A stretch of 64,000 nucleotides of DNA from Eledone cirrhosa. Lineage: Eukaryota. A model generated the notes under the pieces. That model was not told the DNA's origin. It made no database searches and saw only the letters and a list, made by a program, of their open reading frames with translations. The DNA is taken from positions 192,138,001 to 192,202,000 of the forward strand of contig OZ024743.1 of the NCBI GenBank assembly GCA_964016885.1, in the 5' to 3' direction. Shown piece by piece: positions 51,420 to 64,000 of the stretch (the first letter of the stretch is position 1; each line of letters starts with the position of its first letter). A program made the position numbers and the translations under genes.

Positions 51420-52026
51420 CTAGACCACCCATGACCCGTTGGGTCATGTTCATATATCAATATTTTTTTAAAATCACTTAAAAATAGTTTTTAGATAATC
51501 AAAATACACACAGACATATATATATAATTGTTTCTACTTTTGGCACAAGGCCAGCAATTACCCAGTGCATTACTGGTACTTTATTTTATCGACCCCGTAA
51601 GGATGAAAGGCAAAGTTAACCTCGGCAGGATTTGAACTCAGTCTGTAAAGGGACGTAACTGTGCTGCAAAACATAGCATCCGACCCTCTACCAATACTGC
51701 CAATCCACCGCCCTCACATATATATAATGTAAAATGAAATTGTGTGTGTATACATATTCTCTCTCTATGTCTCTCTTTCAACCTACTCTCTCACAACCAC
51801 TATCTCTTTCTTTCTCTATTTATGAAGGTACTCGGAAAAACCCTGTATCTCGGGAACCCATGCTCTGATTTACGTGAAACTTATTTTATTCCATTTGTAT
51901 TCCCATTTGTATTCCTTTCATTTGTATTCCATTTGTATTCCTTTCAAAGTATTTTCCCATTATGCATCACTTTGGCTGTATTACATTACAGACAAGACAC
52001 AATCACAGAGTTTTAGTAATATATAT
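51420..52026 (-). mobile_element. Non-autonomous Helitron carrying an inserted SINE (51525-51715)
   Basis: Minus-strand 3' end: hairpin CATGACCC-AAC-GGGTCATG, then GGTGGT-CTAG|T. Probable 5' end ...TATATTACTAAAAC near 52020. Confidence 0.65.
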
Positions 52027-52644
52027 GTGTGTGTGTGTGTGCATGTGTGTGCATGTATGTATGTAATTATAAGTCTATATGTATATGTCAGGTGACTATG
52101 TATTGCTTATATATTCCATTTTTGGTTTAGTTTCTACAGTCAAATGCTCTTCTTAACACCAACTACTTTTCAGCATATACAGAGAACGATACCTGAAAAT
52201 AAGTTTTCACCAATTTATGGAGACAAAGCTCTGTAAAAGATTGGAACATAAAGACAATACAAAGAATAACTGAAATTCTAACTATAAACAAAACAAACTG
52301 GTGATTGATGTAAGGATGCACTTAATTGGTATTTGGTATGATGGTTAACATTAATTAACTTTGCATTAAAAAATAAATAACATACATAATGATTTTGTAA
52401 TTTATAATAAAAAAGATACAGTGTTGATTTAGCTTCATTCCAGTCATCCATCCATACAAATTTTATAAAGGTATTTCAGCTACCACAACACATTTACTTT
52501 GTTATTCTCCTACCATGCTGACTCTGTCTCTGTCTATTTTTCCTCTACCATGCTGACTCTGTCTCTGTCTATTTTTCCATCAAAGGCTACAGGCCATGAC
52601 TGACTATTATTATTAATATTATTGTTGTTGTAATATTATTGTTA

Positions 52645-55600
52645 GTTCTATCGCCTTGACGGCGACCCTCTCTCTACCTCACAATTTCCCTCCCACCCAC
52701 CCCCTCACACCACCATAGCCTATTCGACCCATCAAACCTCAGCATGCCATTTCTTCTGCTACTACTACCTAACTAACTCTCTCCTCCCCTGTCCCAGCCC
52801 AACACACCCTGCCATTATTCCACCACCACTGTTCTTCTAGCTCTGAATTTTCCTACTGTTATGGATGGATGAGCTGAGAATAAATTTGAGCAACTCTGAA
52901 TTAATAGATGAAATATGAATCCGCGAGCTACCAGGCACCCATGTGAAGCGCCAATCCAGAGAGAGAAAGCACACACACACCCCTGCAAAAATCGACCCTT
53001 CCCTACGAGTGTCGACAAATGCCCAAAACTCCGAGTTGGTACCATCAATGTAAGCACGATGAAAGGAAGAGCAGGAGAAATCGTAGAAATGCTAGAGCGA
53101 AACGAAATTGATGTATGCTGTGTGCAAGAGACTAGATGGAGAGGAGAGTCTGCTAGAGTCCTTGTAGGAAAAAGTCAGTGCTACAAATTTTTCTGGGTGG
53201 GAAATGACGATGGGATGGGTGGTGTAGGTATACTATTAGCTGACAAGTGGGTAGATAAAGTAATCTCAGTGTACAGGGTAAATGCAAGAATCATTAAACT
53301 CAGACTAGTCCTGAATAAAACAATTACCACAATAATATCAGCTTACGCACCCCAATCGGGGTTGCCAGACGAACTTAAGCATAGGTTTTACGAGTCCCTA
53401 ATGCACAATACTGCTCTAACAAACGACAATGACTTCCTAATCATCGCAGGAGATTTTAACGGACACGAGGTAAACACTGCGACGGCTTCAATAGAGTACA
53501 TGGAGGCCATGGGGTTGGCACAAGAAATGAGGAAGGATTCAGACTTCTAGAATTCTGCGACGCCAATGACATGTCGATATGTAACACAAACTTCAAAAAA
53601 CCCGACAACCACCTGATCACCTATAGATCAGGGGAGCATTCAAGTCAGATAGATTTTATCCTCATCAGAGGACATGACAGATGGACGGTCGTAAACACAA
53701 AAGCCTTCCCTAGTGAGGAATGTACATCCCAACATAGCTTAGTTGTCAGCGACCTCACAGTCAGAACTAGACGAACCTGGAAACAGAGGCCAACCTGGAG
53801 AAGAAAGATCTGGAAGCTGAAAGACCCCTCAACCAGTAACAGATTTAAAGATATTTTACTCAACGCCTACGACAGTAGAGAAGAACAGATAGAGACATTC
53901 AATGTAGAAGAGCACTGGGAGTTCCTAAAAAATAACTTACTAGAGGCGACGGATGAGGTCTGTGGCTGGAGTAAGACCACAAGCAGGAGGAGAGTGACTT
54001 GGTGGTGGAACAATAAGGTAGATGAGGCAGTTAAGGCCAAGAGACAGGCATGGAAAGAATGGAAGAACGGGGGGAGCAGGGTACATTACATAGAGACCAA
54101 GAGGGAAGCTAGGCGACAAGTATACTTAGCTAGGAGGGAAGCAGAGGATAGAAAATTTAAGCATGTTTTGAAACGTGAGGACCAGAAACAGGAGGTGTTC
54201 AAGATTGCGAGGCAGTGTGTCAGAGAGAATTGTGATGTCATTGGAGAGAAGTGTATCCGTATGATAAAGGTGAGCTTGCCCTCACAAGTGCTGAGAAGAA
54301 AGATGCATGGAAGAGTCATTATGATAGATTACTAAATGAGGAGAATGCATGGGAAGAAGAGACCCTACCCCAAGTAGACCCTATAGAGGAGCCAGCAGTA
54401 CAAGTCAGCAGCAGCGTAGTAAGTAAGGCAATCAAAGATATGAAGATGGGGAAGGCAACCGGTCCATCGGGTATAGCTGCCGAGATGCTGAAGGCATCTG
54501 GGTCTGTAGGTCACACTATAACCACACGTATTGTTAACCAGGTAATACTAGAAGGTGTCATACCAAAAGATTGGTGCAGTAGCATCATTGTCAACTGCTA
54601 TAAAGGTAAAGGTGATGCACTAGATATAAGAAACTATAGAGGTATAAAGCTGATGGACCAGGTCTTGAAAGTAACAGAAAGAGTTATAGCACAGTTGATT
54701 AGGGACCGGGTGAAACTAGATGAGATGCAATTTGGGTTTGTACCAGGAAGAGGCACCACTGATGCCCTCTTCCTTGTGAGGCAGTTACAGGAAAAGTACC
54801 TAGCTAAAAGTAAGCCACTCTACCTCGCATTCGTCGATCTTGAGAAAGCCTTTGACAGAGTTCCACGTGCTGTAATCTGGTGGGCTCTTAGAAAACTAGG
54901 AGTAGATGAATGGCTTGTAAAAGCGGTACAAGCCATGTATAGGGGAGCAGTCAGCAAAGTTAGGATTAGCAATGAGTATAGCGAGGAATTTAGTGTACAG
55001 GTTGAGGTCCACCAGGGCTCTGTTCTTAGTCCCCTCCTGTTCATCATAGTCCTGCAGGCAATAACGGAGGAGTTTAAGACCGGATGCCCATGGGAACTCC
55101 TGTATGCTGATGACCTCGCACTTATAGCTGAATCTATGGTAGAACTAGAGAAGAAATTCCAAACTTGGAAGCAGGGACTAGAAAGAAAGGGTCTCAAAGT
55201 CAACATGACAAAGACTAAGGTCCTTGTAAGTAGACGAGAAGACAGAACCCAGATCCCCTCAGGTAAATGGCCTTGCTCAGTATGTAGGAAAGGTGTAGGT
55301 AGGAACTCCATTCTCTGCCCCAAATGCAAACAATGGGTACACAAGAGATGTAGTGGGATCTCAGGAAGCTTAATTAAGAATGTAGGCTTCACATGCAGCA
55401 GCTGTGCTGGGACAGCAAGCAGCAAACAGCCACAGGAAACAAGTACCACCAATCTCTGGGAGGGCTCTGTAGAAACAGTAGACAGCTTCTGCTACCTAGG
55501 TGACCGAATTAGCAGCGGAGGTGGGTGTTCAGAAAGTACAATAACTAGGGCAAGAACGGAATGAAGAAGTTTAGGGAACTACTACCACTGCTAGCTGCAA

Positions 55601-56366
55601 AACGCTTCTCCCTCAGAATGAAAGGCAGACTGTATGATGCGTGTATCCGAACAGCGATGTTACATGGTAGTGAGACCTGGGTGCTGAAGGTGGAAGACTT
55701 ACGTAGATTAGAGAGAAACGAAGCCTGCATGCTCTGATGGATGTGTAATAGTAATATACGCGAACGACAAAGCATAAATGAATTGAGAGAGAGACTGAGC
55801 ATAAGAGGAATCAAATGCTGTGTGCAGGAGAGGCGGATGCGTTGGTATGGACATGTGATGCGTATGAAGGATGACAGCTGCATAAAAAGGTGCAGAGCAC
55901 TAGAAGTCGATGGAAACCGCGGAGTGGGGAGACCCAAGATGACCTGGGATGAGGTGATAAAAGCCGACCTTACCCAATTACACCTCTCAAAGGCGATGAC
56001 ACACGACCGTGACCTCTGGCGTCACGCAGTAATACAGAGTACCCGACCTCCCATGGGTACAAGCTGAAGCATATAGACAATATGCCCCCACACCCCCCAC
56101 TGCAAGCTGGTCGTGGAGGTGCCACGGCAAAAAAGCACCCAGCCCACACTGTAAAGTGGACGTGTAGGCGCCACGAAAAAGCACCCAGCACTCACTGTAA
56201 ATGAGGTTGGTGTTAGGAAGGGCATCCAGCTGTAGAAATCAAGCCAAATCAGTTCCTGTATGAGCAAGGCATGGTCAGCCGACCAGACACTGCCCACAAC
56301 AGGACAACCCGTCTAACCCATGCTAGCGTGGAAGAACAGACGTAAAACAGTGATGATGATGATGAT
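52645..56366 (+). mobile_element. Near full-length RTE-clade LINE (APE endonuclease + RT + PHD-like finger), inactivated
   Basis: GTINV, CCVQETRW, AYAPQ, IAGDFNGH, QIDFIL, SQHSLV (APE); YRGIKL, QFGF, FVDLEKAFD, QGSVLSP, YADD (RT). Two frameshifts and two stops; (GAT)n tail. 5' boundary approximate. Confidence 0.93.
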
Positions 56367-57975
56367 TGTCTCAAATGAATTGCATACTTCGTTTAACCAT
56401 TTTCTTTTTATTTGTTTTGTTGTATTTTGTTTAGTTTTTTTGTAACTACTTTTGTTATCAGTAACTTACAATCCATAATTATTTCTAGCCTACAAGCCTA
56501 CTAAATCATGAATTTGTCACATTTTTTAAAAAATAACCAAATGATACATTCTCTTGATATATTTAAAATATTCCAGCTACTTTTTCCTGATTTGCATAGT
56601 GGGACACACTTCGCCACAAACACAGACTCCCATACTCTCACATACACACATACACACACGCGCGCAAATTCTCATGCACACATTCACACACACACACATA
56701 CTCACACACATTCACATGCGCACAGCACAATGTAAACAATACTTTCTCATCTAAGTAAACATTTTAAATTCATGTAACATACCCAGATCAGGGACAACTT
56801 ATTTCTCAGAAGTCTATGTTTATTGTTTCAATTACATTGTGGAAGAGCCATTTTAGCCATTTAAACAAATACACAAAAACTGTTGTATAGTCACTTTTAT
56901 TTATTTTGTGAGGTATCAAAATTTTTTGGTGCACTTCATGCCATCCGACTATCTGAATTGGCTGAGGAGAAATGACAGAGCTATGATCCACTAGATATGC
57001 TTTGTGACCACTGAGGATGATGTCAGCTCCCGAAAAGACTGCTGATCAATGGCCTCGAGGATGTGCTTCACGCGAGATACATGTGCTGGTACAGTCATGT
57101 CGAGCGCAGTGAGGGCTGGATCAGCAAAGTGATGAATGTCGATCCAGGAGGCAGTAGAGGCCCAAGAAGACTAAAAAGGACTTGCATGGAGGATGTCTGT
57201 CGGGATCAAGCTATGCTTGGCCTGGCCCAAGTGAGACCAGCAGACAGAAACACATGGCATAGGATGCTAAGGAGTGATGTCAGGCAGGACCCACCCCTAC
57301 TTGGGGATTGTGTCCTGCATAATCAAAAACTGGATGATGATGATGATGACTTCTGCAATTTGGCTAGTGACAAATAAATGAAATGTTATTATAGGAGTGT
57401 ATATGTGTATGTTTTAAATGGCTAAAATGGCTCTTCCACAATGTAATTGCTTCAGTTTCAACAGTCTCAGCTCAAGTCACTTGGCAAACAAGCACCACTC
57501 CAAAATATGTTATTGATTATTTTTATATGAATAAAAAAATGTATACAATTTAACTGAACAGAAATATATTTTTTGTTGATGTACTCAAGGTCAATTTTTG
57601 CAGAGAAGGAGCATAGTTAATTGAACTAATTCCCTTTGCACTAGGGTATATATTTTAAGGACAAAAGTCCACTCTGACCAACTTGAATTCAGAAGCTAGC
57701 CAAATTAAACGAATTACTCTAAGCACACTACCTTTTCTAGGAATATAACACCATTTTTCCTTCTAAGTCTTTACCAAAGTAGAGACTTTCTGGAGAGTAA
57801 AATAAGTATAAAAATCCCACTCTGAAAGTAGTTGAAACATGCTTTTTCAGTTAACATACACTACATTAAGAGGTTACAGTAGCAAGTAGTTTGGTGTCCT
57901 GCTAACCATGATTACCTGCTCTAATATACTGACAGGAAGCTTGCAAAGAAAGATGTGTTCTGTGATAAAGAATGA

Positions 57976-58009
<34 letters not shown>

Positions 58010-58501
58010 TTGTGTATATGTATATATGTTTACATATATATATGGGTGTGTGTGTGTCTGTGTATGTATATATGACAATAAACAGGAATATGTGTAAATA
58101 TGAAAATACACTCTTGGCAGGTGCAATGTGTCCAAACACGGATGAGCCAAACTCCCACTGTCATCGCCCCATCTCTCTCACACACCCTATCTCTCTGTAT
58201 AGTGAGCAAATGGGGTCCCACATGCTGGCCACCCCACAGCCCTGGCGGACAGAATGGAGAAGGCGTTTTCCCAGAGGATGGTAAGGGAGATGTGCTGGAA
58301 GAGTCACTCCATCTCACAAGGCATGACGGCCACCCGGCCCTCTTTACCTTGGCCTCCGGTCACAAAAATCATTAGACTTGGCACTTAACTCAGGTTTTCA
58401 TGTTGTAAGGAGAGTGACATAAAATATTAGTTTATTGCAAGTTATTTTCTCAGGAGTATTTAATAGCTATTTCTAAAGTCTGTTGGTCATTTGGCTATTA
58501 A

Positions 58502-58753
58502 CCCTTTTATTAGCATATTTCTAATGAAAGACTACCAATACATTTCAAATAATTTTGAAATAAATCATGTATTTCGAGGGATTTAATAATATAACTAACT
58601 TTCTTCTTATTAAACTGATGTTAGGAACGTAACTTAACAAAATTTCTTATATAAAAATGATGATGGAAAGTTTTAAGATAAATATAAACACTTTAAAAGA
58701 AACAGAACTGTATTGTAAAACCAGTGGTAGCAGACAGTTTAGTAGCAACAGGG
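58502..58753. mobile_element. TTAA-flanked piggyBac-type MITE (divergent)
   Basis: TTAA|CCCTTTTA ... CAACAGGG|TTAA. Confidence 0.55.
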
Positions 58754-61700
58754 TTAATACACATACACATCAGAATGCAAGAAATCTTAAGTGAGTGGTT
58801 ACAGAGCAAGAGATAAAATTCCTGTTAAACAAATCCGAGAAAAAGCTTCAACGAAAATTCATGACACTTACATTTGTAATGCCATTGTAAAATTATTTAG
58901 GCAATATGGTTGGAGCAGACTTTCATTTAGTTGTCAAAATCTGACACAGATATTGGCTCACGTGGCCTGGTCTATTATGCACGTGACATGACTATGTTTA
59001 ACGGAATATTTAACCAATCAGTAATAAATTACTTATGCTGTATTCAGCTTTAGGAAAGCAGGTATTTCTTGGAGCCTCCCTACTGTTATGTAATGAGGCA
59101 AAATTGTTTCATTACCAATATACACAATGCTAGTCAATGGGACATTTTCACATCAAGTGCTTATTACAAATTCTTGTTCTTGAGTATTCCATTTACTGGT
59201 TTCATCCAATATTTCATGTATCATGCTTTTTCTTATTTATAGTGAACTAGTTTTTATGACACCACAAACTGAATATTATGAACATTTGGTTTGTTGAACT
59301 CTGTCTTGTTCAGACATCTTAAAGTATTTACTCATCAGCAAACATTTCCTATTTTCTATATGTGTTCACATTTTGGTTTGTTGCATTACACTTTTTGTCA
59401 GCTTTCACAATGGTATGTTTTGTTTAGATTTTCTTTAACCTGTCATTTGTAGTCAAATGCTAGATATAACTTAACTGTACATTCTTTTCATCTGTTGTAC
59501 ACACTGGTTCTGGCATTTTGCACATTCTTTAACTCTTTTCAAAACATGTTCAAAACTGATTCTGTTTCTATGAAATAAAACCACCCACCAACATAATTTT
59601 ATATAAGAACATTTTATTATGTTACAAATACCATTTCAAAGAAATTATAATTTTAATAAATCCTTTCCAAATTCTTCATTAATTGCTTAACCCTTTAGCA
59701 TTTAAACCAGCTTGATGATGATGATATATATATTCATCATCATCCTCATTTTATGCCCATTTTCCTTGATGAAATGTATTGGACAGGTCATCATGATCCA
59801 AGTTAGCTCCTATTCAAATTTACTGTTCTAAACTTATTAACATAAGAGAGATTGTCATGTACTCAGCAAAACTGAAGAATCTACTTCACTCTATCTTGTC
59901 TTCATTCTTTCACTAATCACTTTACATATATACACATATGTGTGCACACCCACACACACACACACAGGTGTATCTATCAAACCATTAACAAACTTTAGCT
60001 CAAAGTAAAGTGGATTAGGCATAGATTTTTGTAAAATTGTTTTCTAAACTTTTATAAAGTGGTTGGTAATAGGAAGAGCATCCAGCTATAGAAAGTTTGC
60101 CAAACAATGGGTTGAGAGGAGCCTTCAATTGTGTCAAAGAAATGACAACCACTTGAGATCAGTAACCCCACTTCAATACTGACTTGGTCTATGTAGACCC
60201 ATCCAACCCTTGCTGGCAAGGAAAGCAAATATTAAAATGATGGTTATGATGATGAATGATCTGAACAAAACGAAAATATCATATCCCCTTGTCTTTTTCT
60301 TTATATCTTTACAGAAATGAAGATCAAAGTTCAGTGTTTCCTTACAGACAATAAAACAACTCCCAAAAAAATATCCAAGATTCCATTATCCTTAATAATT
60401 TATAGAAATTCTGTTCCCTTGAACTCCCAAAATGTCTTCATAACATTTCCCATATCTCACAGAATCATGTGCAAGTTTTCAGTGTGAAAAAAAAAAGATA
60501 AATAAAATTGCAATAACTTTAGATGTTTTCAATTACAATAAATCAATAAGCAGAAACATTTTGAGAAAGAATCACATTCTCTGTTCAGAAACTAGCAATA
60601 TGGCTTAAAGGTAAAAAAAAAAGATTTTTGAAAAAAGTCTCATGTCAGTTTCAAAATATTTTTCTTTTCTCAGCACATCTGCTGAAGTATGTTACTGTAT
60701 ATTTTTTGGTAAAATTTCAAACTCCAAATGGGGTGAAAACAAGTTCAATGAAATTGTGTTGTTGTTGTTGATGCTTCTTTTTTTTTCTTCTATCAAATAG
60801 ATTCTAATTATGAAGGAAATAAAATTATAAACATCACTGAAGCTTCACAGTAGATGTATAACTACAGCTTGAAGAGATTCAAAGATTTAATTCTCGAATT
60901 AACTGATTTAATAAAATATTTGTTATATTCAAAGTGGCAAATTATCTGAGTAATTGAGAAATTCTAAGGCTAGAAGAACAAATCCTACTATAGGTGTTGC
61001 ATTGTTACACTAAGAAAGACATATATATGAGGGATATAGTTGTCACTTATGTGACAAAAAATGGGAGGTAAAATGGGGAGAGGAGGTGGCTTATTTTCAA
61101 GGTCAATATTTTGCCAGTTTTCATCAACTTCAAATTCTATGCTAAAATTTTTCATTTTGGAGGTGAATATTACACCAATTTTACTTTCAATGTGAAATTC
61201 ATTTTTTTGTACTATTTTTGATGTGTTTTGAATAAATATAGCCCTCGGAATGGTCAGAAATTATTCAATGTTTAGTTAAGTGTGTGAAAGGGCATGCAGG
61301 CACTAGAGGTGTGTAATTGCAAAAATCTACCTAAAGCTTTAATACTTGTACAATGTTAAATTATTTCCAAGTTTTTTAAGATCTGCATTTCATTCAATAT
61401 GTATATTATAAACAAAAATCTGTTACATTCAGGAGATGGTGCTATTGTTGTCTGTTAAAAATAAAACAGCAAATTACATTTGGGTAGCAAGAAGTAACCA
61501 AAAATTCAAGAAACTTGTTGAAACTTTATAAAAAGGATAAAATTATAAAAAATCATTATGTAATGGAGTTGTGAAACAAACTATACTCTAAACTACACTT
61601 AAAACATTTTAAATATCAAAATATTAAAACTTCATAAATATATTCTCCACTCATAAGAGTTTCAAAACCACACCATCTAAACATAATGTGTTGATTAGCT

Positions 61701-62506
61701 GCCTCGGCTAAAAAACTGGGTTTGGATTTTTGTCTATTTCTCAGACACAAAATAGGGGGTTTGGTTTATATTCAGATCAACTTATATTCAAGTATATATG
61801 GTATATTATATGTTCCAGTCTGAATAGATGCGAAACAAATAAACATTCTACCATACAGATGGGAATCTGTGTTTTAGAGAGAGGATAGTACTGTGATTTA
61901 TATTTTCTGAAGATTTATGAGGTTAAGAAGTTCATTTCATAATCACTTAGTTTCAGTTTCTATTTCATCATCATCATCATCATTTAATGTTTGCATTCCC
62001 TGTTGGTACACAAGCAGGAACCTGCATCTCACATATGTTCCTGCACTCTACAGAGTGTTCAGATGAACCAGCAGCCTACAACTCGCTTACATATAATCCC
62101 ACACATGACTAAGTGCATTTTATCATGTCACCAGCATTAGGGGGGTTGTCATGTCTTTCACACAGCTGAAGAGTCCTCCCAACAGTTCAGCCTATTTTGC
62201 CTATTCAGATACCTAGACAGCAGCATTTCCAATGGCTACATACTGGAAAGAAATTCAAAACTTCTTCAAACTTCTATATCTTTTGGAAGGATGAGAAACA
62301 AAATCTTTGTAAACAACTAGCTCAGTGTTGTCTAATGGGCTGCTATTTCTTGCAAATCCAGTGACCACATAAAGGCTCCTTCCTCATTAGCATATTTTGT
62401 TTTGTAATTAACAAGAATATTAGCCAAATCAAGTTTGTTTGCTTCTTTAGCATTTACATTACTCTATATTTACTATTGTATTTTTGTGGTAAAGGTTTTA
62501 CCTCAT

Positions 62507-64000
62507 ATCATCATCATCATCATCAATGTTTAACGTCCGTGTTCCAAGCTTGCATGGGTTTGGACGGGGGGTTTTCCCACTTGAGGCAAGAGTGATTGTC
62601 TTGCTCACATAGGACTGTCTGGCAGGTTTTCTACAGTTGGATGCCCTTCCTAACACCAACCACATTTACAGTGTGGGACTGGGAGGTTTTTACTGTGTTG
62701 CCTACACGGCCACATTACAGCGTGGACTGTGTGTTTTTTTGTCGTGACACCTACACGATCTCATTTGTTTCGGCCTGGATGTTGTGGCACCAACATAACT
62801 TTACATAGAAGGGGGCGGTGTGGATGGGGTGGGGGTGGTGGGACGGGGGTGTATTTTGTTAGAGATGCCTACTGACTGTAGTAGGTTTTACTATGTATTT
62901 AGGTAAGGCGGGTCTTCTCTATTACTGAGTACCGCCAAAGGTCTCGGTCCAGTGACATTGTCTTGGAGAGGTGTAAGTGTGTGAGGTCGGAGTTTATCAG
63001 CTCGTCCCAGGTTTTTATAGGTCTGCCTATTCCGTGGCTACCATCTATCTTTATTGCCCTGCACTTTGTTATACAGCTATCGACTTTCATGCGCATCACG
63101 TGTCCATACCAACGTAGCCTTCTCTCGAGTAAACAACATCTGATCCCTCTTATTTCTAATTTTTTCCTTAGTTCGTTTATGCTTTGCCGTTCACGTATAT
63201 TACTATTACACATCCAGCGGAGCATGCGAGCTTCGTTCCTCTCTAATCTGCGTATATCCTCTCCACACAATGCCCAGGTCTCACTGCCATGCAACATTGC
63301 TGTTCGTATGCAGGCATCATACAACCTGCCTTTCATTTTTAGGGAGAACCCTTTAGCGGCTAATAGTGGTATAAGCTCTCTGAACTTTTTCCATCCAGTT
63401 CTGACTCTAGCTACTGTACTTTCAGAGCACCCTCCCCCACTGCTGATTTTGTCACCCAGGTAACGGAAGCTGTCCACTATTTCTATAGAGCCCTCTGCGC
63501 AGTTGAAAGAGCTAATATTTTTGGGGCACTTGCTGCTACTTATTGCACCAGAGCACCGGCCACATGTGAAATCTATGTTCTTAGTTAGCTTACCTGTGAT
63601 CCCACTACATCTTTTATGCACCCATACTTTGCATTTCTGACAGAAAATGGAGTTTCTACCTACGCCTTTCCTACACACTGAGCATGGCCACTTCCCGGAA
63701 GGGACCGCTGCCTTATTTTCTTTCCTACAAACTAGAACTTTGGTCTTAGCCAGATTAATTTTAAGGCCTTTTGATTCTAGGCCGTGCTTCCATGTTTGGA
63801 ATTTCTTCTCTAGCTCGGCCATTGATTCAGCTATGAGTGTTAGGTCGTCTGCGTATAGGAGTTCCCATGGGCAGCCGGTCTTGAACTCTTCTGTTATAGC
63901 CTGAAGGGCAATAATAAATAGTAGGGGGCTGAGAACAGAGCCCTGATGGACGCCAACTTTTACGCTAAACTCTTCACTATATTCGTTGTTAATTCTAACC
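62507..64000 (-). mobile_element. Young RTE LINE copy running off the window end
   Basis: Reverse complement nearly identical to 46590-48054; (ATC)n tail at ~62507-62524 interrupts a piggyBac MITE (62444-62506). Confidence 0.93.

Noticed and set aside
59300-59350. CTGATGA on the minus strand as another hammerhead
   Set aside because: No properly placed GAAA, stem III or stem I.
59030-59570. Possible further minus-strand exon
   Set aside because: Frequent stops and no IFT122 similarity; upstream IFT122 exons were not found in the window.
61690-61803. Tc2/pogo-like terminal repeat (...TTATATTCAAGTATATATGGTA)
   Set aside because: No matching left end identified; too degenerate to call.

Overview
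AT-rich eukaryotic (metazoan) genomic DNA. The SINE/RTE repeat landscape resembles a coleoid cephalopod such as Octopus; this is an inference. The window lies within a minus-strand gene whose six exons (50633-50712, 27604-27700, 16059-16253, 10552-10690, 7155-7213, 3096-3239) splice in frame through GT-AG introns and encode part of the WD40 region of IFT122. The gene continues beyond both window ends. The introns are filled with transposable elements: a decayed ~6.2 kb composite Helitron, two non-autonomous Helitrons, a near full-length RTE-type LINE plus three young partial copies (a C4HC3 PHD-like finger follows the RT core wherever that region is retained), a truncated piggyBac with TTAA MITEs, a hAT MITE, a probable solo LTR, many tRNA-derived SINEs, and a decayed Penelope-like RT. 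The most notable signal not shown by the ORF track is a set of minimal type-I hammerhead ribozyme motifs, three of the four inside inverted repeats. The best example is a 207-bp/80-bp/207-bp palindrome at 25939-26432 whose spacer folds into a hammerhead. These point to Penelope-like or retrozyme-like elements inside IFT122 introns. Most short ORFs in the track are spurious.
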